Shown here: in pieces, positions 1 to 12,207 of the stretch
Position numbering within the stretch: the stretch's first letter is position 1
Layout of the letters: each line of letters begins with the position of its first letter
From: Eledone cirrhosa
Lineage: Eukaryota
Reading direction: 5' to 3'
Assembly: GCA_964016885.1 (NCBI GenBank)
Contig: OZ024742.1
Location: 350,796,001-350,860,000 of the forward strand
Length of the DNA: 64,000 bases
Program-made: the position numbers and the translations under genes
Notes under the pieces: generated by a model
What the model was told of the DNA's origin: nothing
The model's input: only the letters and a program-made list of their open reading frames with translations
The model's database searches: none

Positions 1-211
1 GCGACCTACGTAGTAAATCGTATCATCGTGAGTTCCGCAAATGTTTGTTATTTCCGTTTGTTAAAAATTGCTATTTATGGAAACTTTTATTGTTAACTGT
101 TTATAAGCGCACATACATTGTTTTCCGAAAAGGACACCCATAAGGATTGGGGCCTTGTGCCCACAATTTAAACATTTATAATTATCAAAAAATTCCTTTG
201 AAAAAAAAAAC

Positions 212-2200
212 ATGGAAGTCTCACAGCCACACGAAGCTGACAGCCTTCCTCATAAACTAACACCTCACACCGACACCACCATTGTAAATATTACTACGTT
301 TGCCAACACTAAAAATTTAATCAGTAGCAATATTTTTAATTTGTCTCAGGCAGACATTCATTTCCCGCCATTACCAATGACTGCAGGTGTTAAAGCCGCC
401 ACCATCACCACCACCGCGACAACCACCACCCCCACCACCACCGCGACAACAGAAACAAAAGGAAAAAATAAATCAACTCGTGATGTCGAAATGTTTTCAA
501 CCAAAATGGACTCTTCCACACCCAACACCACTGACGTCACCACCACCACAACTGAAACTAAAATTAATAATAACACAAATAACGATAACAACAACAACAA
601 CAATGACATTAAAAAAGCCACCCTGAGTTTTGCCAGAGTATCAAAACAGTGCGAAGCATTTACGGTAACTCAGGAAGAATGAGAAAATGCCCAAAAAATG
701 GTAAAGAAAGATGGGTACAGGGTCAGCCCCCACCCACACCTAATAAAATGGAGCATCGGCGCCTATGCACCGTGTCGTATCGAACAATTAATGTAAAATC
801 GCGCCGAGTGGAACGGGCATCCGAGTCCCAAATCCCAAAAGCTTTGTGACATGTGTGGGCAAGAAAAACCCACATCAGACGTGGGCAGAAGTATGGAACC
901 GTGGACGTGTTCTTTGAAACACCAGAGGAGGCTAGAGAACACTCCATGGTCCCATTAAGAAGTGACGACTTCACACTCGTCCCAAGCTATTGTGGCCAGA
1001 GACTCGTAAAGATCAGGGTGACCCACGTTCCACCGGCCATCGAAATTCCCTGGCTAATAGCGGCCGTCCTCGCCGGCATCGAAGCCAACACCAAGATAAT
1101 AGCAATAGCAAAAGAAAAGCAGGAGAACTGGTCCGGATCTGGGATGGAGCTCCTGATCCAAGCGGACCAAAAAAGCATTGAGGAGATCCCAGAGGTAATA
1201 GACCTCACTGACGGCAGCCACCTCACCGTAATTGTCGAGGGCAGAAGGCCTAGGTGTGTAGTTTGTGGTGAAGGAACCCACCTAAGGGCTTTCTGCCCTC
1301 AGGCTGAAAGGTTGAGGCCACCTCTCCTACCCACACCAGTGACTCAACCATCAACACCACCAGTAGCAGAGATGGCAGCAACAACTGTAGCAGCAACAAC
1401 CGAAGCAACTATAACAGCAACAACCCCAGCAACAGTAGCAAAACCACCACCACCACCACCACCAGCAAAACCAACACCACCACCATCCAACGCTTCAGAA
1501 CTAGCACCAGCGCCTACACCATCCACCACGCCACAACCAAAAACTAACGCCTGTGGAGGATTTTCCACTCCCCGGCCTATCACAACTGGAGACAGATTGT
1601 GACGACGAGGAGTTGGAAACGGTATCAGGAAAAAAGAAAAAAAGAAACCAAAAAAGAAAAAATTCTCTTCCTTCCCCCTCCAAAAACAAAATACAGAGGG
1701 AAACAAATAAATTAACAAACAAAAAAGTTAGGACAGATATGCCACCATCCACACCAGCATCACCAACCCCATCACCCCAAACACCAACACCATCACCATC
1801 ATTAACCCCAACACCACCATCACCTACACCACAAAAGTCACCAAAATGCGAAACAGAAACAAACCCACAACAAACGCAAACAAAACAAAACAACCAAAAC
1901 GATACACACTACACAGCATTAAATTTGAACAACAACCAATTATTACACTACATCCAACACAACACCAGCATCACAGAAAAAGACTACACACCAACCCAAA
2001 AATTCACACCACCTCCACATATACAAATTACTCGCATCACACAGAAAACGTACATGACACTAAAACAAAAATTCCCCAAAGACATCTGAGACTTCCGACA
2101 AGCACTCTCCAGGGGGATTTATAAGGACATCCTTCCTGAGGAGGCCACAAGCAGTGAAAAGGATGGAAAAAACCGTCCTTCCTCTACGAGAAGTAAGGTA
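212..2200 (+). pseudogene. LINE ORF1 (RRM-like region, gag-type zinc knuckle, Thr/Pro-rich low complexity), interrupted
   Basis: Fragments 212-682, 853-1602 and 1553-2089; GTVDVFFETPEEA (RNP-like) and CVVCGEGTHLRAFC = CX2CX4HX4C; stops and frameshifts between fragments. Confidence 0.75.
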
Positions 2201-2235
2201 AGTGGTCTTTCCCATCTTTTCCACTCCATTTCAAC

Positions 2236-5200
2236 ATGACCTCACTCAGAATAGGCAGCATAAATGCGCGTGGCTTGGGGTCGTCATGAAAGCAGAGCCA
2301 CCTGCTCAACGACCTCAGGTAACTAAACATAGTTGTAGTGGCCATCAGCGAGACCAGAATCTCCGAAGCACGGGCCTTCGCACCGATCTTCGGCGGCTAC
2401 GATGTGTACGCATCTCCCAGCCGTCCGTGATCGGGGGAGGAGTTGCTATGCTTTTTCGGAGAGGTTTGGATCTTGCCATACGGGCCATCTTCCTGGACCC
2501 AGAAGGTAAGTTGGTGGTGCTGGACGTGACCAGCGGAGACGGGCAAGCTTTCAGGTTAGTGGTCGTCTATGCCCCGACAGGAGCAGGGCGGCCTGATTTC
2601 TTCCGGCGTCTGGAGACCTTTCTTGGAACGTCCCGCTCTTTAGTGTTAGTTGGCGACTGGAACAGGATCTTAGATGCACGCTGGGATTGTGTGGTATTAG
2701 TGGATAGGGGAGGAGGGTGCAAGACCCTCACCAACCTGCTCAGGCGTTTTGAACTGTCTGACAGGTACCGATTGGATTTCCCGAATGTAACAATGTGGAC
2801 TTGGACAAATTGCATAGGGTCATCCAGTTCATATCTAGATAGAGTATTTTGTAGGGAAATAGATAGGTCTAGCATAGGCTGTCCACATTTCAAGATAGTC
2901 AGCTACACGGACCACAAATTCGTGATCTGTGTGCTTGATTTAGATAGGCTTCATAGACGAGGACCCGGCTACTGGAAGCTAAACGCGTCCTTACCAGCGC
3001 GCAAGGCCAACAGAGACCGGATTAGCGAACGAGTTAAGCGGGCGTTGACGGGGCCATCGTCAACAACAAGTGGTGGTTTGCTCTGAAAAGAGCAATTAGA
3101 AAATAGTCCATTAGGTTTAGTCAGGCTTTAGCAATAGAGAAAAATAGAGCAGAGGGAGAATTAGTTAGAAAATTAGACGAGGCGCTTTGCAAAGGCATCG
3201 CGACCGACGTACTTGCGGCGAAATTGGCCCTAGACCAATTCTTCAATGCAAAGCACGAAGGCTGCGTTGTCAGAGCTAGGGTGCGTGCTCTCAGACACGA
3301 GGGGACGAAAGCCGTTCAATGGGCCCGAGTGGCGGAGGCGCGTCGTGGCAACAAAGCCACGATCAGGTCTTTCGTGAACCACGACGGGCGCATGCTACTC
3401 GATCCCGGGCAAATGTGTGAAGCTTTTCAGCGACACTTCGCTCAACTGTTCGGGGGCAGCGGCGGGCCGGATTGAGGGATGGACTTTAGTCTCTACCTCG
3501 ACGGACTGCCGCGGCTCTCGGCCACTGAGGCGGAGTGTTGCTAAAAGCCGATAACAGCCGCTGAAGTACGGGAGGCAATGACTAGCTGCACAACGGGTAA
3601 ATCGCCTGGTTTGGATGGTTTGCCCTATGAACTTTACGTACAAATGCCAGATAGTTCGGAGGCCTCTTGGCGGACGTCTACTGCAACTGGCAACAGAACG
3701 GGATAATTCCCAGCTCTGTGAGCCGAGGAGCGGTGACGCTGCTGAGAAAGGATCCGAACAAGGGGGATAACATAGATAATTTTAGGCCCATAACTCTGCT
3801 AAACACAGAGTTCAAGATTTTGGCCAAGGTGCTAGCAAAGAGGTTGGCGCTTGTCGTTGGTGGTCTGGTGGGAGAGGCGCAGACATGCGCCATTCCCGAC
3901 AGATCCATCCACGACAACCTTCGCCTCATGCGATACATCGTAGAGAGGGTAGCTAGGGAACCTGGCACGGGTGGGTCTTTGATAAATTTAGATCAGTCGA
4001 AAGCCTTCGATAGGGTCGACCATCGTTACCTAGCGGCAGTCCTGAGGGCGGCTGGCTTTGGGCCCGTCTTCAGAGGCTGGATCGCTGCCATGCACAGCGA
4101 CATCTGCTCTGTGGTGAGAGTGAACGGTCACCTGTCGGAACCGTTCAACATCATGCGCTCGGTCCACCAAGGATGTCCCCTCTCGTCCCTCTTGTACGTA
4201 TTGACTCTCGAGCCATTACTGCACAAACTGGAGACGTTGAGGGGGGTCCCGCGCGAACTAGGATACGGAAGATCCGTGTCAGCTTATGCGGACGATGTCA
4301 CCGTAGTGGTGTCGAACGCCAAACACATCGAGGCGATCGGCACTACACTAAGAGAATACGAAGCGGTGACAGGAGCAATGATCAACCAGGAAAAGTCAGT
4401 AGGCCTGCAGCTCGGCACCTGGAGAGGCAGGTCCATGCCGTCCAACAGCGTTTTCGGGCGCTGGACTGACGGACCGGTTAAATTACTAGGGGTCTGGTTC
4501 GGTCCGGACCTCCAGACGGACAAAAACTGGGACGAGGTGACGAGCAGTGTGGCTTCTCTCACCCAGAAATGGGCCGAGAGGAAGCTATCCCTGAAAGGTC
4601 GAGCGGAGGTGGCTAACGCGTACATCGCGTCCGTCATCTACTACCGCCTGACCGTCGTACCTTGTCCTAAGCCCCGCCTGACTGCGCTGGAGCGTTTGCT
4701 CTTTCGCTTTTTATGGAAGGGACGCGCTCCGATGGTCAGGCGGTCCATCTGCTGTGAACACCCGCTACGTGGATGGCTGGGCATGCCGTGGCTGATGATG
4801 CGCAGACACGCGCTCAGGCTACGATATCTCCACCTCTTCCTCGACGGTGATCAGGTGTGGTCGCCGTTTGCTAGACACGTCTTTCCCAAGCTCGTCTCCT
4901 TGACGGAGATGCAGTCCTGGGTCAAGCGAAGACCGAGAGGGAGCACTTGGCGACTGGAATGTTTTCAGGCGCTCACAGCCCTCGACCAATCGGGCAATGT
5001 GATCGGTGGAAACTCCACCTTGGCGATCTATAGAGGATTAGTGGAGGGGAAGAGCGACGACGTACTTGGAGAAACTCTAGGCGTCGACGAAAATCAACTA
5101 GCCAATCTCTTCAGAAGGACTTTCGGGCCGGGCCTATGGACAACTTCCAGAAATCCTTGGCCTGGCAGTGCTACCGAGGAGCTTTGCCAGTTCGGGATAA

Positions 5201-5651
5201 ACTCTACAGGCATGGAGGTGCCGTCAGCCGGGCATGTCCGAGATGCGCGCAGGGCAACGAAACCGCCCTGCACGCACTCGTCCAGTGTCCGAGCATTGCA
5301 GACTTGTGGGTTTATGTCGAACACCTGCTGTCACGTGTAGGACGGATCCAGCTATCAGCTGAGTCCATCGTGAGGATTGCTCCGCCCTCTTCCTTTAGCA
5401 GGGAAGGGCAGGCAGTTTTTATCTGTCTGGTGGCCATGGCGAAAGAGATAGTATGGTGGACATGTTTGAAAGGGCTGAAGACGAGCACTTACCTCTTCGG
5501 TCATGCCCTGATTAACTTTTTCAAATTTCATTTGAAAAGGAAAATCAGGGTAGAGAGGGAAGTGGTCTCTTCCCAGTATTTTGTTGAAAGATGGGTGAGA
5601 GAAGCAAGTATGGCCTGAATGAATGGGCCTTCTCTGAGTATGTGTCTGTAA
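2236..5651 (+). pseudogene. LINE ORF2: APE endonuclease, reverse transcriptase, C-terminal zinc-binding motif; disrupted
   Basis: ATG 2236 gives MTSLRIGSINARGL; VYAP, GDWN, YLDR, TDH (APE); NFRPITLLN, DQSKAFDRV, QGCPLS, YADD (RT); CPRC..ETALHALVQC; natural stop TAA 5649-5651; several premature stops and frameshifts. Confidence 0.92.
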
Positions 5652-5895
5652 ATTAAAGGTGGAAAACTGGGAGAGGGCACTTGCCCTGGTGGTCAGGTTC
5701 TCTGTGGTCTTTTAATGGGCTTTCTCCACAAATGTCCCTCGGAAGTCTCCCCCCTAATGGGGAATTTTTCTTTGTTATTTTATTACATCCTCTGTTTTTT
5801 TTACACGCAGAAATGCCCATTTGTACCGTCCTGTATTGTCCTGTACTGTCCTTAATGTCTACTTTATGTAAACCCTTGTGGTTAATAAAGAAAAC

Positions 5896-5928
<33 letters not shown>

Positions 5929-5970
5929 TATATATATATTAATAAAAAATGATCTTTAACAACTTTCAAG

Positions 5971-6012
<42 letters not shown>

Positions 6013-6516
6013 GGGCGGGGGTATGTGTGTGTATGTGTGTATGCGTGTGTGTGTGTGTGTATATGTATATATATATACATATAAAAATTCGCTCTACATG
6101 GCTGAATACAATGAAAGTAATCTGAGATTTTCGAATATTAATACAGTTGATTCGTTTGCTGATATGCAAATCTGGCTGATCAGTGGATCTGCTAATATGC
6201 AGATCTGACTGATCAGCCAGTCTGTTAATATGCAAATCAGACCGTTCAGTCACTGTATATTTTAGAAAAGTGCATATATTTTCACTAGCTCTGACAGTTG
6301 GCAGGTGAACAGTGTGCTCTACTGTTGAAGGGCGATGCCCACAAACATTAGTGTCTGCAGTTCTGTTTACATGCCAACACAAGAGCAAGAATGAAGGGTT
6401 CATTCTACTGACATGGCTTTAAAAATGAGGCTTGTTTACATAATTGCAAATGAATCGAATGTTTTTATTAATACTAGAAAAACTCAGATTAAATGTATTA
6501 TATATATATATATATG

Positions 6517-6611
<95 letters not shown>

Positions 6612-7101
6612 ATCTGTCTATATATATGTGTGTGTGTGTGCCTGAGTGTTGGTATATCTGTATGTGATTGATATTCAAGAGAAAAGGGCACTCAATATCT
6701 GAATAGAGTTAGCATATTCCTTTTATTAAGGCTAAATTGTGAGACTTGTTACTCCGACCTAGAGCTCAATATTTATATGAGGTTACCAGCCCATGTACAT
6801 AGGCGTAAAACTATATGTTTTCGTATACATTTAATTCTAGCATAATAGGAGTTAAGAGGAACTTCGCCTTGACAACGACCATCAGTCAGAAACCATTGTC
6901 GGTTAATACCCTGTCCATTGCTTTTACTGGAACTCCCTAGATGGCGCCTCGCCATCAGTTTTCCAAATCCATAGCTAATCGTTTTCAAATGTTTATTCGT
7001 AAACATACCGTATATCCTTAGATATACAATATACACATACATATATGTATACAGCTATTTTGGGAGTTAACACCTTAATTCTGTGTGTGTATGTATGTGT
7101 G

Positions 7102-7137
<36 letters not shown>

Positions 7138-7559
7138 AGGTGCGCGCGCGCGCGTGTGTATGTGTGTATGTGTGTGTGTTTATATGTGTGCGTGTGTGTG
7201 TGAGTGCGTGTTTCACCTTCGCATCTGAAATGGGTAATATCCCTGAAATATCATGCTAAGATACAAAGGGTAAAACAGTTTGTTTTGTTTCACTTGTCAT
7301 CATTTCCCCTTCGTATTTTCCACTGTAGTCAACCAGGTTTAGAAAACAAATATCTGTCTTTTACTATATCGAAGTTTCTGGAATAAAGAAAGTAACAAAA
7401 TGTCCGAATTTCTTGCCGTAGATAGACGCGCATAAATTATCATCACACTATATTTTATGGTGCGATATCCATGCGTCAATCACATGCTACATTCTTAATC
7501 CCAGCTTTTATTCGCAGGAGGTTTTTATATAGTACGTACTCGATATAAAATTCAGGTCT

Positions 7560-8400
7560 CATTATTAAATATGAATATACGAGAGCATGAAACTGTTTTC
7601 CGATTATTTATTTAATGTTGTGAAAGAAATGATATAAATTATCTGAAATATTTGTATTTTATTTTCTTGAAGTAGAATACAATAATACGTAAAGACTATC
7701 TCATAAATCTAAAATACAATATTATTTCTAATTTTAGATCTATTAATAGCAACATTTATCAAAAGATCACTCGATTTCGTGAATCTTCTAATGCCTCGTT
7801 CAGTTTTATCAGATCATTGAATCATTTGAAAATCTCCATTATCATAATAATGGCTTATATTTACTATTAAGTTGAACATCAACGTTTGGTCCTTTATTTT
7901 TCGTAAACTCACGTTAGCCATCTTCATTACTGTCATTGTTTGAAATCATTATTTATTGATTGTTGCTGCTGTTGTTTGTTGATGCTAGATATATAACTTC
8001 TGATTTCCGAGCAATATACCTAATTTTCTAAAATTGCCTGTGAAATTATTTCCTCGCAAATATGATTATAAATAAATAACCTTATCGGCTCTGCCTTATC
8101 CGATGCTTTATGGTAGTATCATAGGTCTACGACTGTCCGTAAAAAACAACAACTATATAATGTAAAATAACGAATATCTGAAATGTTATGGCCAATATGT
8201 AATATTGAACATCCGATAATAGATAAAAATTGTGTAAATTATTCTTTATCATTCTTTATTCTCTTTAAGATTTCATCAGTGGTTTTACGTGACATATCTT
8301 CTTACACTCAATCTTTAACATACCATCCATTTCACTTCCAAAATAACCTGATCAAGACAAACATCAACAAATATTTAGTTGGAGAATGAATTATTGTTAA
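7560..8400 (+). pseudogene. Possible ancient LINE RT remnant
   Basis: Degenerate SNFRSIN (~7727) and GSIIGLRL (~8112) resemble NFRPIS and QGSxLGP in the correct order; very eroded. Confidence 0.25.
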
Positions 8401-8629
8401 ATGAGATTTACTATTCATTGTGTTAATAGCTTAATGTTTATGAACATATCTTTATATTTAAGAGACATCATATCGGAAATTTGTTTATTTCAATTTGAAT
8501 ACACATACTCACGAATACCCCCCCCCCATATACATATATATATATATACATAAATACATATACATTGTAGATGAATTCGATCCCAATGTAACAATACGTA
8601 GCTGCTATGCCTATATTAATAGAAATCGA

Positions 8630-8824
8630 GGGCGGTGGATTGGCAGTATCGGTTGAGAGTCTGACGCCAATATGTGCAGCAAAGAGTTCCGGCCCTTTAT
8701 GGTCTGAGTTCCAATCCTGCCGAGGTTAACTTTGCCTTTCATCCTTACGGGGTCGATAAAATAGAATACCAGTAACACACTGGAATAATTGCTGGCATTG
8801 TGCCAAAATGTAGAAACAATTATT
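8630..8824 (+). mobile_element. tRNA-derived SINE, family A
   Basis: GGCGG..TGGCAGTATCGG head, B-box-like GAGTTCCAATCC, conserved body GCCTTTCATCCTTACGGGGTCGATAAAAT, tail AGAAACAATTATT. Confidence 0.85.
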
Positions 8825-8880
8825 ATAAATCGAATATAGTGGGATTTCTGTTTGTATCCCTTTCTATGAATTAGAGGTGA

Positions 8881-8935
8881 AGTGACTTGATAAGTGACTT
8901 GATAATGTGACTTGATAATGTGACTTGATAATGTG
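8881..8935. repeat. 13-bp tandem repeat x4 (gtgacttgataat)
   Basis: Directly visible. Confidence 0.9.
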
Positions 8936-9053
8936 CAGCTCTCCAGGGAGATCTCAAAACAGACAACTAACCATCCGAAAGGGGTGACTACACATGTTTA
9001 CTTAGCCAACCATATATCCTTTCAACCATAGCATTATACTTATATTAATAAAC

Positions 9054-9662
9054 ATAATTGTTTCTACTTTTGGCACAAAGCCAGCACATACCCAGTGCAT
9101 TACTGGTACTTTATTTTATCGACCCCTTAAGGATGAAAGGCAAAGTTAACCTCGGTGGGATTTGAACTCAGAATGGCAAGGGCCGTAACTCTATGCGTCA
9201 AAGCATGGCGTGCGACCCTCTACCGATACTGCCAACCACCGTCCTAAAAATAATTGTTTCTACTTCAGGCAAAAGGCCAGCAATTACCTATTGCATTACT
9301 GGTACTTTATTTTATCGACCCTGTAAGGATGAAAGGCAAAGTCAACCTCGGCGGGACTAAAAATAACTGTTTCTACTTCAGGCACAAGGCCAGCAATTAC
9401 CCAGTGAATTACTGGTACTTTATTTTATCGACCCCGTAAGGATGAAAGGCAAAGTCAACCTCGGCGGGACTAAAAATAACTGTTTCTACTTCAGGCACAA
9501 GGCCAGCAATTACCCAGTGAATTATTGGTACTTTATTTCATCGACCCCGTAAGGATGAAAGGCAAAGTCAACCTCGGCGGGATTTGAACTCAGATCGTAA
9601 AGGGACGTAACTATGCTGGAAAGCATGGCGTCCGACCCTCTACCGATACTGCCAATCCACCC
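9054..9662 (-). mobile_element. Tandem cluster of family A SINEs: full copy, two 113-bp 5'-truncated units, full copy
   Basis: Unit starts taaaaataa(t/c)tgtttctacttcaggc at 9245, 9358 and 9471. Confidence 0.9.
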
Positions 9663-10249
9663 AAAAATAATGTCAGTCAAAACGCAACACGGTTTTCCAA
9701 TGATGGAATGACAGTGTTCATAAATGTGGGATATTAGGGTTGACCAGTTTGTTAAAGATTAAGTATTATATCATCACTTCATTACCAGTTTCTCTAATTT
9801 CATATATGTGAGAGACACATTACTTCCCGGTTTATAGAATGTCAATTGGTGTGTTTTCTATTAATAACAACTAGATGAATTGAGATCTTCCATACAGGTT
9901 TCCGACCGCCCAGAAGCTCATCAAATCATACAAGTGATTCTCTTGCTCTGCCATGGAATTAGTGTCCAGCCCTATATAAATTTAACCACTACGCTTATAT
10001 ACAATATGTTAGTAGAAAGCAAATATCAGGTTCTTAATATTTAATGTATATCGTAAGAAAGAGAGTAAGTGTGGCCAATTGCTATGCTTTATATCTTCAC
10101 CCCACTGAACCTGCAATTAATATCCTCTATTTAATAGACGTATATATGGGAAGAAACTCCTAATGGAGACATAAGCTTGCCGTATTGATATACGACATAT
10201 TCTAGACATTTAAAATATGGAGCCCATCACTCGCCGGTCCTGAACATAC

Positions 10250-10437
10250 CTGACCTTGTACTCACGGTAGGAAAGACATAGATGAAGAACGACCGCAGTA
10301 ATCTTTCCGTTGACATCGAAACGATGGAAAGCAAATTTGACTTGAGTGGGGTTTGAAAGTGGAGTGACAAGAGAGCCGGATGTTGTAACGCAAAACATTC
10401 TAACCAACCTTCTAATGACTCCGCCCATTCACCGCCT
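10250..10437 (-). mobile_element. Old diverged family A-like SINE
   Basis: gatggaaagcaaatttgac..gggtttgaa..cccattcaccgcc matches the family A head and body. Confidence 0.55.
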
Positions 10438-11377
10438 ACTTAATAGAAGAGAAATTATCAGTCAATGTTTTCTATTCTGTAGTGTTTCACATCAGAATTC
10501 TCATGTTAGTTACTGGCTAGATTAATTAATGTTAATGTCACATGCTTGGGTAGACTCAACCAAATTACAAGAAATTCTTGAAAAAGATACTCCTGATCCA
10601 AGAAGCGCAAAGCACATACAACATTCATTAATTTATATCAATTAATAATTTCCCATTAAATGACTAATACTCATAGATTATTCCTTATTTACAACAAGCT
10701 GTTAGCAGTGCCTAAAACGAAGCTTATATATCAAATAATTATAAAGACAAGGAAATATTGAGAATGGAAGAAAGAGATAAATAGAGATTTTTGCTGTACA
10801 TATCAATTAAATAATTTATATGTCCTCTATACGTTAATTGATATATTCTTATAATATGTTCGTCGTGTTCTTTATGTATTAGTTATGTTAGAGATACAAT
10901 AGGATTAAATATACTGGGCATAACTCTTTTTATAGTATTTCCTCATGTATATCACTTTTTGATTTGTTGAATTAATGTTAGACGTAAGAGGAATGATTCA
11001 ATTCGCAGGAGCCAATGCGGTCATAAATAAATGTCCATAATCGTTGCTTTCTGATTTTAAAGGGTAATAGCTGTTGGAAATCAGCAATATATTTCTATCT
11101 ATTACATTAATATCATTAAAGTTGAAGTGCGTGAACGAACGGAACACATTAATATTTTAGATTTAGAATTTAAAGAAGTAATATAAAGAAAAGAAATATA
11201 TAATGCATCCATATTTTTGGAAATGTTGCAAAGCGCGAAGTAATAATTCAATTTAGGAAATCTTAGAAATAAATCTGCATTTCAGCTATTCATCTCCTCA
11301 CATCGAGTCCAGAGAGACTAAAGTACAGGTAGAAACAGGGCCATACCTTGAGCCCTTCTTTGAATGTGTGTGTGTGA

Positions 11378-11607
11378 AAGCTCACACCTATGCAGGTTTA
11401 GCCTCCTCTAAGGTATATCTCGTAGGAGGTGTCTTGGGCAATTTAATGATAGGCACACCAGTCCTATCATCTCATTTCTACAGCTGAATAAACTGGAGCA
11501 ATAAAGTGTCTTGCTCAAGGAAACACCACATCACCCGATCGCGAATTGAACTCACAGCCTCTCGATTGCAAGCCCAATGGTCTAATGACTAAGCCATGCG
11601 CCTTCAG
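11378..11607 (-). mobile_element. tRNA-derived SINE, family B (CORE-like domain)
   Basis: Minus strand TGGCTTAGT..GAGTTCAATT head then CCTTGAGCAAGACACTTTA..CAGCTGTAGAAATGAG; same as 25200-25358. Confidence 0.8.
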
Positions 11608-11814
11608 CTTCTTTCAATGCGAAGTCATATGACGTAGGTCAGTAGCAATATTAAGGAAGGTAAACCATCACATTAACTGAATACAGTCCCTATACATGTT
11701 TGTATATTGGCAATATCTTACCATAGAAGTGTTGTAACCCAAGTTAGCGAAGGAGGTGTTACTTCGTCACTTTACAATAAAAAAAATAGCTACTTCAACG
11801 TGGTATAACAAATA

Positions 11815-11920
11815 CTTGTTTCTACTTTAGGCACAATGCCAGTAATTACCCAGTGCATTACTGGTACTTTATTTTATCGACCCCGTAAGGATGAAAGGCA
11901 AAGTCAACCTCGGCGGGATT
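11815..11920 (-). mobile_element. 5'-truncated family A SINE
   Basis: Body and tail only, ends at cggcgggatt. Confidence 0.85.
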
Positions 11921-12022
11921 ATAACAAATACTGCATTAAGGAAAGGTATACAGCAAATAATTACATGCTGGTGACATTAGGCGTTCAGTAATTGGTTTGT
12001 TTCCGAACATTTATTCCTTCCT

Positions 12023-12071
<49 letters not shown>

Positions 12072-12207
12072 ACAGACACAGACACACAAACACACACACA
12101 TACGCACACATACACACATACACACATAAACACACACTAACAACACCATCCTGAAGAATTATACTCGCCTGAAGAGTCTGGTGGATTCTTAAATTATTGG
12201 TGGTTCC

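Larger units (their letters stand above)
110..5925 (+). mobile_element. Near full-length decayed non-LTR retrotransposon, L1 group (Tx1-like)
   Basis: ORF1 with CCHC knuckle followed by ORF2 with APE endonuclease, RT and C-terminal Cys/His motif; AATAAA at ~5884 then (TTA)n; 5' boundary approximate. Confidence 0.9.

Noticed and set aside
8630-8720. tRNA genes at SINE heads
   Set aside because: Only A/B-box-like motifs fused to SINE bodies with TSDs; no complete cloverleaf
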